In this document: piece by piece, positions 54,291 through 63,859 of the stretch
Layout of the letters: each line of letters starts with the position of its first letter
How positions within the stretch are numbered: position 1 is the stretch's first letter
Assembly: GCA_963822585.1 (NCBI GenBank)
Contig: CAWGIE010000035.1
Span: 96,001 to 160,000, forward strand
Direction of reading: 5' to 3'
DNA from: an uncultured bacterium
GTDB lineage: Bacteria; Auribacterota; Erginobacteria; Erginobacterales; Erginobacteraceae
Length of the DNA: 64,000 nucleotides
Position numbers and translations under genes: made by a program
Notes under the pieces: generated by a model
What the model was told of the DNA's origin: nothing
The model's input: only the letters and a program-made list of their open reading frames with translations
Database searches by the model: none

Positions 54291-55445
54291 ATGAAGATAA
54301 GACAATTAATCATGATCGCGGGCACTGTTTTACTGATCTCGGGTTGCGCTTCCACGCTTCAGACATCCTCTTCCGAGGGCGACCTGCCAGAGGTAAACGA
54401 GCTGATCGCCGAAGGCGCCGACGTGAACGCCAAAGATGACGCGGGCTGGACCCCGATCTACTACGCCCTGCAGAATAACCACCGCGACGTGGTGGAAACC
54501 CTGATCGAAAACGGGGCCGATCTCAATGTCACGGATCCCAATGGCCAATCCCCTCTCTCCCTGGCTGTTGTGTATAGCGATATCGAGACGGTCGAACTGC
54601 TCCTCGCCGCCGGCGCCACGATCAATATCTCCGACAGTGCGGGCCGGACGCCGCTCCACAACGTCGCCATCAGGGGGCGTCCGGAAATAGCGTCCCTTCT
54701 GATCTGGTATGGCGCCGACGTCAACGCCCGCAACGCCATCGGCTGGACGCCGCTGGACGCGGCTGTCCGGCACCGAAATCGGGGGGTTATCGAAGTACTG
54801 CTGGAAAACGGCGCCATCGGGTATTCCTATGATGTGAGGGAGGGTTTCCTGAAGGAGAAGAGGGAGGCCGAGGTGGAGGAAATTCCGGGGGCCGAACCGG
54901 AGATGGCGGGTGTTTTCGAAGATCAGTATGACTCTTTCAGCGAGGAGACGAACCTCTCCGTGAAGTATTCGGTCGAGACTCTCCGGGGATATACAGCTCA
55001 TCAGGGATTCCAAACGATCCTGGCCCGCTATTCCGGGGAACCGGAGCAGTTCTACGAGGCGGGGAAGAAAGGGTGGCTGATCGGCCCCTGGCAGGAGGTC
55101 TCCCTCAGTACCAACCGGGAGCTGTATCCGGAGATACAAATGACCGTCTCCATCAAGAGCACGGTATTTTATTTTTTTGCCGACCACCCGGCCCAGTTCA
55201 AGATCGGAGACGAGATCATCGCCGCCGAACGGACGGAGGTTTCCGCCGTCTCCGCGGAGGAGATGGCGATCACCCGCGGGGAGTTCCGGCTCTCGAAATC
55301 CCTGGCGCAAAAGATCGCCCGTTCTTCCCTGGTGACGGTCCGGGTCTGGTTCAATGACAAGCCTCCCCTGACCTGGACGGTCCCTCCCCGTGTCCTTCAC
55401 GACTGGCAGCGCTTCCTCGCCTCCGCGGAACAATTGTTTCAATAA
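54291..55445 (+). CDS. Ankyrin-repeat lipoprotein
   Basis: Lipobox ISGC, four to five G.TPL..A..GADVN repeats, unknown C-terminal domain. Confidence 0.88.
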   Translation: MKIRQLIMIAGTVLLISGCASTLQTSSSEGDLPEVNELIAEGADVNAKDDAGWTPIYYALQNNHRDVVETLIENGADLNVTDPNGQSPLSLAVVYSDIETVELLLAAGATINISDSAGRTPLHNVAIRGRPEIASLLIWYGADVNARNAIGWTPLDAAVRHRNRGVIEVLLENGAIGYSYDVREGFLKEKREAEVEEIPGAEPEMAGVFEDQYDSFSEETNLSVKYSVETLRGYTAHQGFQTILARYSGEPEQFYEAGKKGWLIGPWQEVSLSTNRELYPEIQMTVSIKSTVFYFFADHPAQFKIGDEIIAAERTEVSAVSAEEMAITRGEFRLSKSLAQKIARSSLVTVRVWFNDKPPLTWTVPPRVLHDWQRFLASAEQLFQ

Positions 55446-55651
55446 AAGAATAAAAGGAAGAGAACCAGGTACACTATCGACAAGCCCGCGTGAAGCAGGG
55501 AATGAGACGGGCCACCGGTATCGTTCGGAATCGGCTAAAGAACTGATTGACCTCTACCGGGTACTGGAGTAATTTTCTCTCTCGTTCGGGGAACGGAGGA
55601 CGAGGGAGAAACAATGCATTTTTTGAGCAGCTATAATTGCAGGAGGCAGCG

Positions 55652-56509
55652 ATGAAATGGGTCCTGGCCATCATAGTCGGCCTGCTGATTTTCGCACCCG
55701 GTCCGGCGGGGGCGCGAGCGGCGGCGGAAAAACCGGCAGCGGATAGCGCCCCGGGGGAAATCCGATTTCTTTTTGACTCGCAAACTCCCCCCTTCGCTTT
55801 CAAGGAAGGGGACAAGCTGCTCGGTTTTGATATCGAGCTGGGAGAAGAAATCGGCAAAGCGCTGGGGAAGAGGGTTACCTGGATCGATGTTCCCTTCAAT
55901 ATCCGGGAATATGCCAATTTGCTGGAGGCGGACAAAGCCGACGCGGCCCTGGCCGCCATCACGATCACCAAGATCAGGAAGTATTTCGTCGATTTTACCA
56001 AGCCCTATTTTTCCACCACCCTGGCCGTTGCCACCCGGCCGGAGGAAAATTGGGACGATCGGTCCTTCGCCCGGGGGTTGGAGAATAAGATTGTCGGGGT
56101 GATGAAGGGAACCACCGGCGAGGAATGGGCCCGCGCCAATTTGAAGGCCCAGATCAAAACCTATGATTCCCCGCTCAGCCTGGTCCGGGCGTTGAGAGAG
56201 GGGGGAAATTTGGCGTATGCCGTGGTGATCGACCTGGCGGTCCTCGATTATCTCCAGTTTTGCACCAGCAGCATGTGCCAGACCAAGTTCCAGATTGTCG
56301 AGAAGAACCTGATGCAGGAGGATTACGGTATCGCCGTCGCTAACGGCGCCTTCGACACCGTGGCCCTGCTGAACGCCGCTCTGGACAAAGTGGAATCCTC
56401 CGGGGCGTTCGATCGGATATACCGCAAGTGGTTCGCCCAGGAATCGACCGGAGAGGAACCCGAAGAGCAACCCGCGGAGCAACCGAAGCAGAAGCCGGAA
56501 GACAAATAA
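55652..56509 (+). CDS. Polar amino-acid ABC transporter substrate-binding protein
   Basis: PPFAF..G.L.GFDIEL, ITIT..R...VDFT.PY, VGV.KGTTGE, E.YGIAV. Confidence 0.9.
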   Translation: MKWVLAIIVGLLIFAPGPAGARAAAEKPAADSAPGEIRFLFDSQTPPFAFKEGDKLLGFDIELGEEIGKALGKRVTWIDVPFNIREYANLLEADKADAALAAITITKIRKYFVDFTKPYFSTTLAVATRPEENWDDRSFARGLENKIVGVMKGTTGEEWARANLKAQIKTYDSPLSLVRALREGGNLAYAVVIDLAVLDYLQFCTSSMCQTKFQIVEKNLMQEDYGIAVANGAFDTVALLNAALDKVESSGAFDRIYRKWFAQESTGEEPEEQPAEQPKQKPEDK

Positions 56510-56675
56510 TCCTTGTCATCCCCCGTTCGCTTGATTACTTTAATTTAATGCCACCAAGGCACCAAGACACCAAGAAGTTTCAGAGAAGATGAAGTGTCAT
56601 TAGAGGATATATTCATTTTCCTTGGTGCCTTGGTGTCTTGGTGGCTAAAAATAGCAAAAAGAGGAGGAAAGAGAT

Positions 56676-57410
56676 ATGAAGAGAGAGATCCCGACCAAGC
56701 TGCGCAAGGAGGTCTATAACATCTCGACCGCGTGGCTGGAAGGCCTGTTGCAGTCGACCGATAACGCGCCGGCGATGAAGCCGATGTATTCGGTGCTCAC
56801 CAGCAAGGAGGGCAAGAAGAATACCGTCCTCATCCGTCCGATCAAGCCGGAGGAGATCGATCCCGTCCTCAAGTACCTGAAGCTGACGCTGGACGCCGAG
56901 TACGATTACTACGATATCGTGGGCGCCCGGGTCTTCGCGGAACTGCTGGCCATCAAGCGCAAGCGCATGAAGGACGAGTATTTCTTCCTCGGGCTGAATA
57001 ACGGGAAGTTGGTTGGTATCGCCAACGGGAGAATCTGGGATGAGGAGATCGGGATCTCTCTCCACACCCTGACTTTCGAGCGGCAGGTCAATGCCGGCGC
57101 GGTGCTTTTTTATTCCAAGTGCTGGTACTGTTTCGAGGTCTGCCAGCAGGAAGAGTTCTGGGCCACCTTCGAGAGCTACAACGGCTGGGTTCTGGCGGGC
57201 TTGCGGATGGCGCTGCCGTCCTACCCCTGGCCGGACATGCAGCACGAGCTGGGCGGCTCCAAGATCTTTTACCTGACCCGGGAACTCTGGGAGTCGAGCA
57301 TCAAGGATGAGTACCTTAAGCAGGTATCCCGCTCCTTCTTCAAGCCGGCGACCAAGGAACTGATCAAGAAGAACGAAAAGCTGATCATCCCCAAGACGCT
57401 GGAGATTTAA
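56676..57410 (+). CDS. Conserved hypothetical protein, possibly GNAT-like
   Basis: GAGGAGG RBS, strongly biased codons, terminator downstream; fold call is tentative. Confidence 0.75.
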   Translation: MKREIPTKLRKEVYNISTAWLEGLLQSTDNAPAMKPMYSVLTSKEGKKNTVLIRPIKPEEIDPVLKYLKLTLDAEYDYYDIVGARVFAELLAIKRKRMKDEYFFLGLNNGKLVGIANGRIWDEEIGISLHTLTFERQVNAGAVLFYSKCWYCFEVCQQEEFWATFESYNGWVLAGLRMALPSYPWPDMQHELGGSKIFYLTRELWESSIKDEYLKQVSRSFFKPATKELIKKNEKLIIPKTLEI

Positions 57411-57442
57411 AGCAGTAACACAGACATTCCTGTCTGTGGATA

Positions 57443-57480
57443 AAAAGGGCCCCGGGAGAGAATCTCCCGGGGCTCTTTTT
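57443..57480 (+). terminator. Rho-independent terminator
   Basis: GGGCCCCGGGAGA-GAA-TCTCCCGGGGCTC-TTTTT. Confidence 0.8.
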
Positions 57481-57656
57481 ATGTATGGATATCCTGTCTG
57501 TTCCCAGTGAGAGTAGCACAGACATTCCTGTCTGTGAGTGTAACACAGACATTCCTGTCTGTGTCCAGTGAGAGTAGCACAGACATTCCTGTCTGTGATC
57601 GAAGAAAGCCCCGGAATCCCCTCCCGGGGCTTTCCCGTATTGGTGAACCGGCGTAC

Positions 57657-57771
57657 TCAGGCCGTCCGAGGCTGCTGCTTGCTCTGTTTTTGCTTAGCGG
57701 CCTTGGCTTGTTTCGCGGCTCTTCTGCCTCTGTCCTTTTGCCTTGTCCTTTTTGCCTTTCTTATCGCCCAT
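57657..57771 (-). CDS. Small Lys/Gln-rich basic peptide (25 aa as read; ~37 aa with one indel)
   Basis: AAGGAGG RBS, MGDKKGKKDKAKGQRQK, shifted continuation AAKQAKAAKQKQSKQQPRTA*, hairpin at 57604-57634. Confidence 0.55.
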
Positions 57772-58214
57772 GGGATCTCCTCCTTTTTGAGGTGGTTCAG
57801 GGCATTTTACCGTAAGTTTACGTTTCGGGTATCGATGGTGTTGGCCGGGGCCCTCTGTTCCCGGGCGTTAAATTAGTAACACAGACATTCCTGTCTGTGA
57901 GTGTAGCACAGACATTCCTGTCTGTGAGTGTAGCACAGACATTCCTGTCTGTGAGTGTAGCACAGACATTCCTGTCTGTGAGTGTAGCACAGACATTCCT
58001 GTCTGTGAGTGTAACACAGACATTCCTGTCTGTGAGTGTAGCACAGACACTCCTGTCTGTGAGTGTAGCACAGACATTCCTGGGCTATCTCAAATAATGC
58101 AATCTATTTATGCTCTCCTTGATAAACAAGGCATTGCGTCCAGGTGGTGCGAAATTCACCACTTTTTATCAACCGCTGGAAGAAAACGGTTATCCCGTGA
58201 AAAAGAAAGACGAT

Positions 58215-58562
58215 TCACGTTTTGACTGCGGATTGCCAGGGCCAGCGCCCCTGCACTTCCATCTGCAGGGCCATGCTCAGGAAGGTCCGGATCAGGACGA
58301 TCAATCCGAGGATCAGGACGTTGATCAGGGTGGGCGCGACGACCACCGTCCGGATAATATCCCCGGCCACCAGGAACTCGAGTCCCAGCAGGATGGCGCG
58401 TCCCAGGTTCTGCCGGTAGAGGCGGTACACTTTGTCGGCCTCCCCCTGCCGGCGAAAGAAGAATCGGGCGGTGGCGAGGAGCGATCCGCCAACAATCAGC
58501 AGCACCCCGATGGTATCGATCCCCGTTCCGACGTCGCTCATTATTTCCTGGTAATAACTCAT
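58215..58562 (-). CDS. DUF1622 membrane protein
   Basis: R..LGR.ILLGLEFLVAGDIIRTV, LG.IVLIRTFLS. Confidence 0.92.
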   Translation of the reverse strand: MSYYQEIMSDVGTGIDTIGVLLIVGGSLLATARFFFRRQGEADKVYRLYRQNLGRAILLGLEFLVAGDIIRTVVVAPTLINVLILGLIVLIRTFLSMALQMEVQGRWPWQSAVKT

Positions 58563-58694
58563 TATTCTTCCCCTGTTATTTGCCTGATAAATGGGTAACC
58601 CCGACCCATCCGGTTTTTTCAGCTTCAGTCAGATGCAGTTCATGTTCAGTAAATGTCGTAAATCAGTGGGGTCAGATTCCGCGTACGCTGCATT

Positions 58695-58997
58695 TCATGG
58701 TTTGAATCTCCGGTTCTTCCAGTAGCTCGGATCCCGATGGAGGTGCATGACTGCCATTATCACAATCATGTCTGAGGTAGTCCGGAAGAGAATGCCGAAA
58801 GGAAACGTTTTCGTCAAACAACGACGCACATCACGTTCGACAACTGGATAGAGTTCAGGGTTGAGCTTTATCCTGTTGAGAGCGTCCTGCACGGAGGTGA
58901 GAAAGCGCTTACCGAGGTCTGTTTGTTGAGCCTCATACCATACCGCGGCATCGATCATTTCCGATTCGGCGGCGGGATGGAAACGGATAGGCATCAT
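58695..58997 (-). CDS. RelE/ParE-family toxin
   Basis: FHPAAE.E...A..WYE....LG.RF, RRC....FPF, AVMHL.R.P.YW. Confidence 0.92.
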   Translation of the reverse strand: MMPIRFHPAAESEMIDAAVWYEAQQTDLGKRFLTSVQDALNRIKLNPELYPVVERDVRRCLTKTFPFGILFRTTSDMIVIMAVMHLHRDPSYWKNRRFKP

Positions 58998-59224
58998 CCC
59001 AGGGCCGCGTATGCCTTGGCAAACACATCGGCGGCGTCGCGCAGTTCAACGACACCCTCATCAACTTCTCGACAACGCTTTTTAATCTCTTCGCGCCACT
59101 CGGCGGAAATTTCTGTTCCCGGGGCTGCGTCAAGACTTTCAATGAGTCTTTCGGCCAGGAAGGCCCGGGCCTGAGGTGAGAGGTCGAGTGCCTCGGACAC
59201 AATCTTGTCTACCGTCATGCTCAT
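58994..59224 (-). CDS. Addiction-module antitoxin
   Basis: EAL.L....RA.LAE.L.ESLD...W.EEI..R; 4-nt overlap with the toxin. Confidence 0.9.
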   Translation of the reverse strand: MSMTVDKIVSEALDLSPQARAFLAERLIESLDAAPGTEISAEWREEIKKRCREVDEGVVELRDAADVFAKAYAALG

Positions 59225-59230
59225 AGGATA

Positions 59231-59259
59231 ATACTATCTTATCTTCGTCTGGTTGTCAA
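59231..59259 (-). promoter_or_regulatory. Sigma70 promoter of the TA operon
   Basis: TTGACA-17 bp-TAGTAT, 6 nt before the ATG. Confidence 0.75.
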
Positions 59260-59540
59260 TTAGATGATCTGAACGGAGAGCTGAGCTGCCCGGACCACGG
59301 CGGAGCAGATTACCGGAGAAAAATATAAATCCGCATTCCCCCAATCCACCTATCCCCCACTTAATATTTGTGTGACTCTGATTCTTTGTCCTCCGGGGAT
59401 TTCTTTATGTCTTTCACCGCCCCGTGGCAAAGCCGTACGGGGGTGCCTTTCACCGCCCCGTAGCGAAGCTGCACGGGGGTGGTTGATGAACACTATTTGG
59501 GGTGTGACCCTGATCCTTTTCATTTCCACACCCCACTTCC

Positions 59541-61109
59541 CTATTCCGGTTCGCTCACGCGTGTCAGCGAACTCAGACTTTCGTCGCTCAAATCGTCCAT
59601 GACGACTCGTGTCGCCTTTTGTTCGGCCCCGATTATAAATGTCATACTGCTGGGAACATCCGGTGTTTCCGGATTCGGGTAATATAGAAAAATGTCGTGG
59701 TCGAAATGCTTAAGTGTGAATGTCTTTTTATTTGGCCCCATCTGTACCGCGAGATCCCCATCGAGTTCCAGGACCCGAATATTGCCGATATATTCGTTCG
59801 TGTACTCTCCAACATATGCGGATAAAGGCATGGCGGGCGTGGGCGGCGAAGGTGGTTTCGCATACGTGGCGATGAGCGGGGCAAAGGCTTCCGCTCCAAA
59901 ATGAGCATTGTACATTTTGTCCCACACCGCGACCCAATCATTTTGGGATTTGCCATAATGAACATAATCGAAAAACGTTTGGGCAATTCCTTCGGGTAGA
60001 CCGGTCGGAAACGCATTGGAGAGGACGATGATGCCGAGCTGTTCGGAAGGAATCAATTTCACCAAGGTACGGGCGCCTTGCGAAAATGCCCCGGCGTGTC
60101 CCCATACTACCGTTCCATCATCCTGATAGTCGACATTCCAACCCAATCCATAAAAATCGGGCTTGCCGGTGACAAGGTCGTTTCCGCGAATAATGAGCGG
60201 CAGGTGTGTCTGGCCCAATGCGTCTTTGCCAATCAACTGCTTGCCATTGTATTTTCCGTTTGCAAGCTCCAGCCGCATCCACTGTGCGAGGTCTTTAACA
60301 GTGGAACTCACCCCTCCCGCGGGTGATTGTGCATCAGGTTCACGCGACGCCTTTGCAGTCCACTTGCCGTTGATAAGACTGTGCAGCACGGCGCGATTCG
60401 TATGGGCGAGAAAATCTTTATAGTACGAACTGGTCGACTTCATCCCCAGAGGTTTGTATAGTTTTTCCGCCGCGACATCTTCCCACGCTTTCCTGGTGGG
60501 TTTCGCCGCGGCAACGGCGCCTTCGGTGATGCCAAAATTGCTGTAAGAATACGCGGAACGAAAACTGCTCGCGGGTTTTACATAGCGCAGGCGATACAGA
60601 ATTTCGTTTCGGCTATAGCCCAGATCCTCAAGTTCGTTCCCCGCGTTGCCCGGCAAACCGCTGCGATGCGCGAACAAATCGCGAATCGTCACTTGTTGCG
60701 TCGGATACGCCTCATACAATTGAAAGCCCGGATCAACGTCGCGGATGCAAGTATCCCAGCTCACTACACCATCACTCACCAACGCGGCGACAATCGTCGA
60801 AGAAATCGGTTTGGACATTGACGCAAGCTGGAAAACGGTATCCTCGGTGATAGGTTCATTCTTGCCTGCCTCGCGAACACCGAACCCTTTCAAATACAAT
60901 ACTTGATCTTGAAATACTATGGCTATCGCCGCACCCGGAACGCCTTTCTTTTCTAATGTTTCTTGCGTGAACTTTTCCAGTTTCGGTAATGCGGCTTGGA
61001 CTTGAGTGAGTGTCACTTGATTGCGCATTGCTTGCGCGTTCGAAGAGATCGGCATAAGCAACAATAACAAACATAAACTAATGGCTGATACCCAACGTAA
61101 GGTTGTCAT
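59541..61109 (-). CDS. Serine hydrolase (beta-lactamase/AmpC-like) with DUF3471-like C-terminus
   Basis: Signal peptide, FQLASMSK (SxxK), YSYSN, PAGG, HAG, YVGEY tail. Confidence 0.92.
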   Translation of the reverse strand: MTTLRWVSAISLCLLLLLMPISSNAQAMRNQVTLTQVQAALPKLEKFTQETLEKKGVPGAAIAIVFQDQVLYLKGFGVREAGKNEPITEDTVFQLASMSKPISSTIVAALVSDGVVSWDTCIRDVDPGFQLYEAYPTQQVTIRDLFAHRSGLPGNAGNELEDLGYSRNEILYRLRYVKPASSFRSAYSYSNFGITEGAVAAAKPTRKAWEDVAAEKLYKPLGMKSTSSYYKDFLAHTNRAVLHSLINGKWTAKASREPDAQSPAGGVSSTVKDLAQWMRLELANGKYNGKQLIGKDALGQTHLPLIIRGNDLVTGKPDFYGLGWNVDYQDDGTVVWGHAGAFSQGARTLVKLIPSEQLGIIVLSNAFPTGLPEGIAQTFFDYVHYGKSQNDWVAVWDKMYNAHFGAEAFAPLIATYAKPPSPPTPAMPLSAYVGEYTNEYIGNIRVLELDGDLAVQMGPNKKTFTLKHFDHDIFLYYPNPETPDVPSSMTFIIGAEQKATRVVMDDLSDESLSSLTRVSEPE

Positions 61110-61138
61110 TTTCTGCTCCTCCTGCTTTTAATTATACT

Positions 61139-61180
61139 GCCCAACTAACTATCTATCTTTAATCTCTCCCGAAATACCTT
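61139..61180 (-). other. attI-like site ending in GTTRRRY (repeat at 63951-63992)
   Basis: 38/42 identity between the two copies; cores GTTGGGC / GTTGGAC. Confidence 0.6.
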
Positions 61181-61276
61181 ATAGTTTTGGCTATCCTGTT
61201 CCCCAATTAGTCATGACCCTGATCTTTTTGTTTGGGGTGACCCTGATTCCTTTCCGATACTGCCGCATTCCCGGCC

Positions 61277-63052
61277 TCAATTATTATTATTATGCAGTAA
61301 AAAATTCAATAATCTGTCAGTCGTCGAGGTTTGATCCTGATCATTTTCGACCCCATTAACCTTCGCTAAACCTTCAGAAAAATCAAATGCATAATAGAAT
61401 TGTGGCTCAATAACAAATTCCCCCGTATTATTAATAAATCCCCATTTATCCCCTGCTCTTACAGCGGCTAAGCCCTCGGAAAAACTTTTAGCCTCTTCAA
61501 AACCCGCCATAAGTGACATTGCTAATTCCCCGGTTCTATCAATATAGCTCCATTTGCCGCCAACGATACGATACCCCTTAAGTTCCCCATCAATATTTAC
61601 GCATGCGAGACCTTCAGCAAAAGCCCACGCGTGATCGAATCGCTCTTTTATGACCATTTTGCCCGTCTCGTCGATGAAACCGTATTTCCCTCCATCAAGA
61701 CTGTCTCCTTCCCCTGTGCCACCACTCTTAACTAAGCTTAAGCCTTCTGAGAAATACAACCCGGCGGCGTTGAACTGTGGTAAAATAATAAATTCACCCA
61801 TTTTATTTATGTAGCCTCGCTTGTCATCTACTTCTACAAGCGCAAGGCCTTGCGAAAAGATCCCGGCCTCGTCGAACTTCGGTTCTATTACGATTTCTCC
61901 TTTTTTATTAATAAAACCATATTTATCTCCAATTTTCACGCTTGCCAGTCCCTCATGAAACTTAAGGCAATCATCAAAGCGAGGTTCGATAACAATCTCT
62001 CCTTTCAAATTTACATAGCCCCACTTGTCGTTAAGCTTTACACAACCAAGCCCTTCGGAAAAGCTGATTGTCCTATCGAATATGGGTTCAATCGAAAGCC
62101 TGCCCATTTTATCGATATAACCCCACTTATCGCCAATTTTCGCTGCAGACATACCTTCTGAGAAACTCATGAGTCGATCGAATTCCGGTTTGATTACCAC
62201 CGTTCCATTCTTATCGATAAACCCCCATTTGCCGCCTATTTTTACGGCTGCCCGCCCTTCGGTAAACTTATCACCGTCATCGAAAGTAGGATTTATAACT
62301 ATTTTGCCCGTATTATTGATATAACCCCATTTGCCTTTTAAATTCTTCTTATAAGATAAAGTAGTTTTACACCAACTTTTATCGGTAAACTTTCTCCCCT
62401 CTTTATCGAAACCCCGTCTTCGGAGTTCAACAGTCTCTATCCCCTGAATCGCATGGATAAATTTCATTATTAATTCATCCCCGGACAACCTACCCTCGCC
62501 GATTACTTCGCCAGCCGTATCATAAAGGTAGAGAATTGATTCTTTGACCTCAAAATTCCCTCTCTCTACTACCTCCCCATTTTTTTGGATAAAAATCAGC
62601 TTAAAATAACTGTCTTCTATTGCATCTCCTAACCAGCTCATAATTATTTTTACAGAATTGATTTCATCTGATGCAGGATAAATCTCGAATGAGTTCCAGA
62701 TGCCAAAAAACGCGTGTCTTTTGTCGTCTTTATAGGGAGCGGCAGAGTAAACCCTTACAGTTGTTATGGTTGTATTATTTTCAACCGTACGCTTGCCCTT
62801 ATTATGAGGACGCCTCTTGACAATCCTGGTGGGTGGAGGAGTAGGCTTGGACAATACATAGGTCGCGCCACAGCTGGGGCATGTGCCCTCCTTTTGCGTA
62901 ACCGGTATTTCAAATGTTTCGTGACACTTCCAACACTTCAATTTCTTAGTAGATTGTTCATTGGAAGTCTGTTCTGAAAAAGAAGGGCCATTAATGAAGA
63001 GGATGCACCCGAAGAAAAAGAAAAATAAAATTACTATGACCAATTTATTCAT
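61277..63052 (-). CDS. WG-repeat (KWG) exported protein with N-terminal zinc ribbon, 3'-truncated
   Basis: Signal peptide, CWKC..CPSC, about nine K(W/Y)G(F/Y)I...G..VI.P.FD...FSEG.A.V repeats; last repeat breaks at a GGGGTC motif. Confidence 0.9.
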   Translation of the reverse strand: MNKLVIVILFFFFFGCILFINGPSFSEQTSNEQSTKKLKCWKCHETFEIPVTQKEGTCPSCGATYVLSKPTPPPTRIVKRRPHNKGKRTVENNTTITTVRVYSAAPYKDDKRHAFFGIWNSFEIYPASDEINSVKIIMSWLGDAIEDSYFKLIFIQKNGEVVERGNFEVKESILYLYDTAGEVIGEGRLSGDELIMKFIHAIQGIETVELRRRGFDKEGRKFTDKSWCKTTLSYKKNLKGKWGYINNTGKIVINPTFDDGDKFTEGRAAVKIGGKWGFIDKNGTVVIKPEFDRLMSFSEGMSAAKIGDKWGYIDKMGRLSIEPIFDRTISFSEGLGCVKLNDKWGYVNLKGEIVIEPRFDDCLKFHEGLASVKIGDKYGFINKKGEIVIEPKFDEAGIFSQGLALVEVDDKRGYINKMGEFIILPQFNAAGLYFSEGLSLVKSGGTGEGDSLDGGKYGFIDETGKMVIKERFDHAWAFAEGLACVNIDGELKGYRIVGGKWSYIDRTGELAMSLMAGFEEAKSFSEGLAAVRAGDKWGFINNTGEFVIEPQFYYAFDFSEGLAKVNGVENDQDQTSTTDRLLNFLLHNNNN

Positions 63053-63292
63053 TGTATGTTTCCAGAATATTCTGGACAGCTTATGACTGATAAGGATTAT
63101 TTAACGGCGAAAAACTATCGGAACCGGTCCCGTACTATTTCGAAAAACCCGCCTCACGATATTGCCGCATTCTTGGTCTCAAGCGGATGATTATGAAACA
63201 GTACATTCTTCTAGTTTCTGTCAATAGTCAAAGTGTGACCCTGATCTTTCCTGGTGGACTTGGCTGGTCTGCTCCCCACTTAGTCAAACTTA

Positions 63293-63859
63293 TTAATTGG
63301 GGTGTGACCCTGCTCCTTTCTCAGAGCATTCCCACTTTTCTTCTATTTTATCTTTTAAATTGGTTTTGCGGTTTCTATTTCGTTTCTCTCTCCATCTCCC
63401 GATTAAAAACCCTGCGGCCAAATAAATCGATATATCTATGATATTCATGAATCCGCCGGCGCAGATCATTATAATATTATATTTCATATGAATAGTACCA
63501 TCTACGGATGATTGCTCATTCGGGAAGATAAGCCTGCAAAAAGAGGTGAACGGAAATATAATCCAGGGCAGAATTTCACCAAAGATAATATAGTGAATAA
63601 AAGAAAACCCTCTTAGCAGGGAAGAAGAAAGAGAGAGCCAAAAGTCAAAGAAAATAATGCTTATCAGTAGAACATATACGAGAAAACCGGATCGGGCCCA
63701 TTTATTCCATTTTGCTTCGGAAGAAAAAAACTTCCCCGGACTAAGCAAGGCTAAAAAACCCAGCCAGATAATGATGGGCTGCAAAAAGGGGATCCACCAG
63801 AAGTAAAAAGGCCAGACTATCCCCAAAATCAATAATGCAATTCCGATGATATTAACCAT
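63293..63859 (-). CDS. Hypothetical multi-pass membrane protein, low GC
   Basis: Five or more hydrophobic segments; C-terminus runs into the TGACCC motif. Confidence 0.65.
   Translation of the reverse strand: MVNIIGIALLILGIVWPFYFWWIPFLQPIIIWLGFLALLSPGKFFSSEAKWNKWARSGFLVYVLLISIIFFDFWLSLSSSLLRGFSFIHYIIFGEILPWIIFPFTSFCRLIFPNEQSSVDGTIHMKYNIIMICAGGFMNIIDISIYLAAGFLIGRWREKRNRNRKTNLKDKIEEKWECSEKGAGSHPN

Larger units (their letters stand above)
57415..58082. repeat. GTAG-REP cluster with 27-bp tandem array
   Basis: GTARCACAGACA-TTCC-TGTCTGTG: 4 copies at 57415-57597 and 7 full + 1 partial tandem copies at 57876-58082. Confidence 0.97.

Noticed and set aside
57876..58082. CRISPR array
   Set aside because: The 27-bp units are contiguous with no unique spacers, and no cas genes are present; it is a tandem REP.
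57507..58097. ORFs with VAQTFLSVS repeats
   Set aside because: Translations of the 27-bp DNA repeat, not credible proteins.
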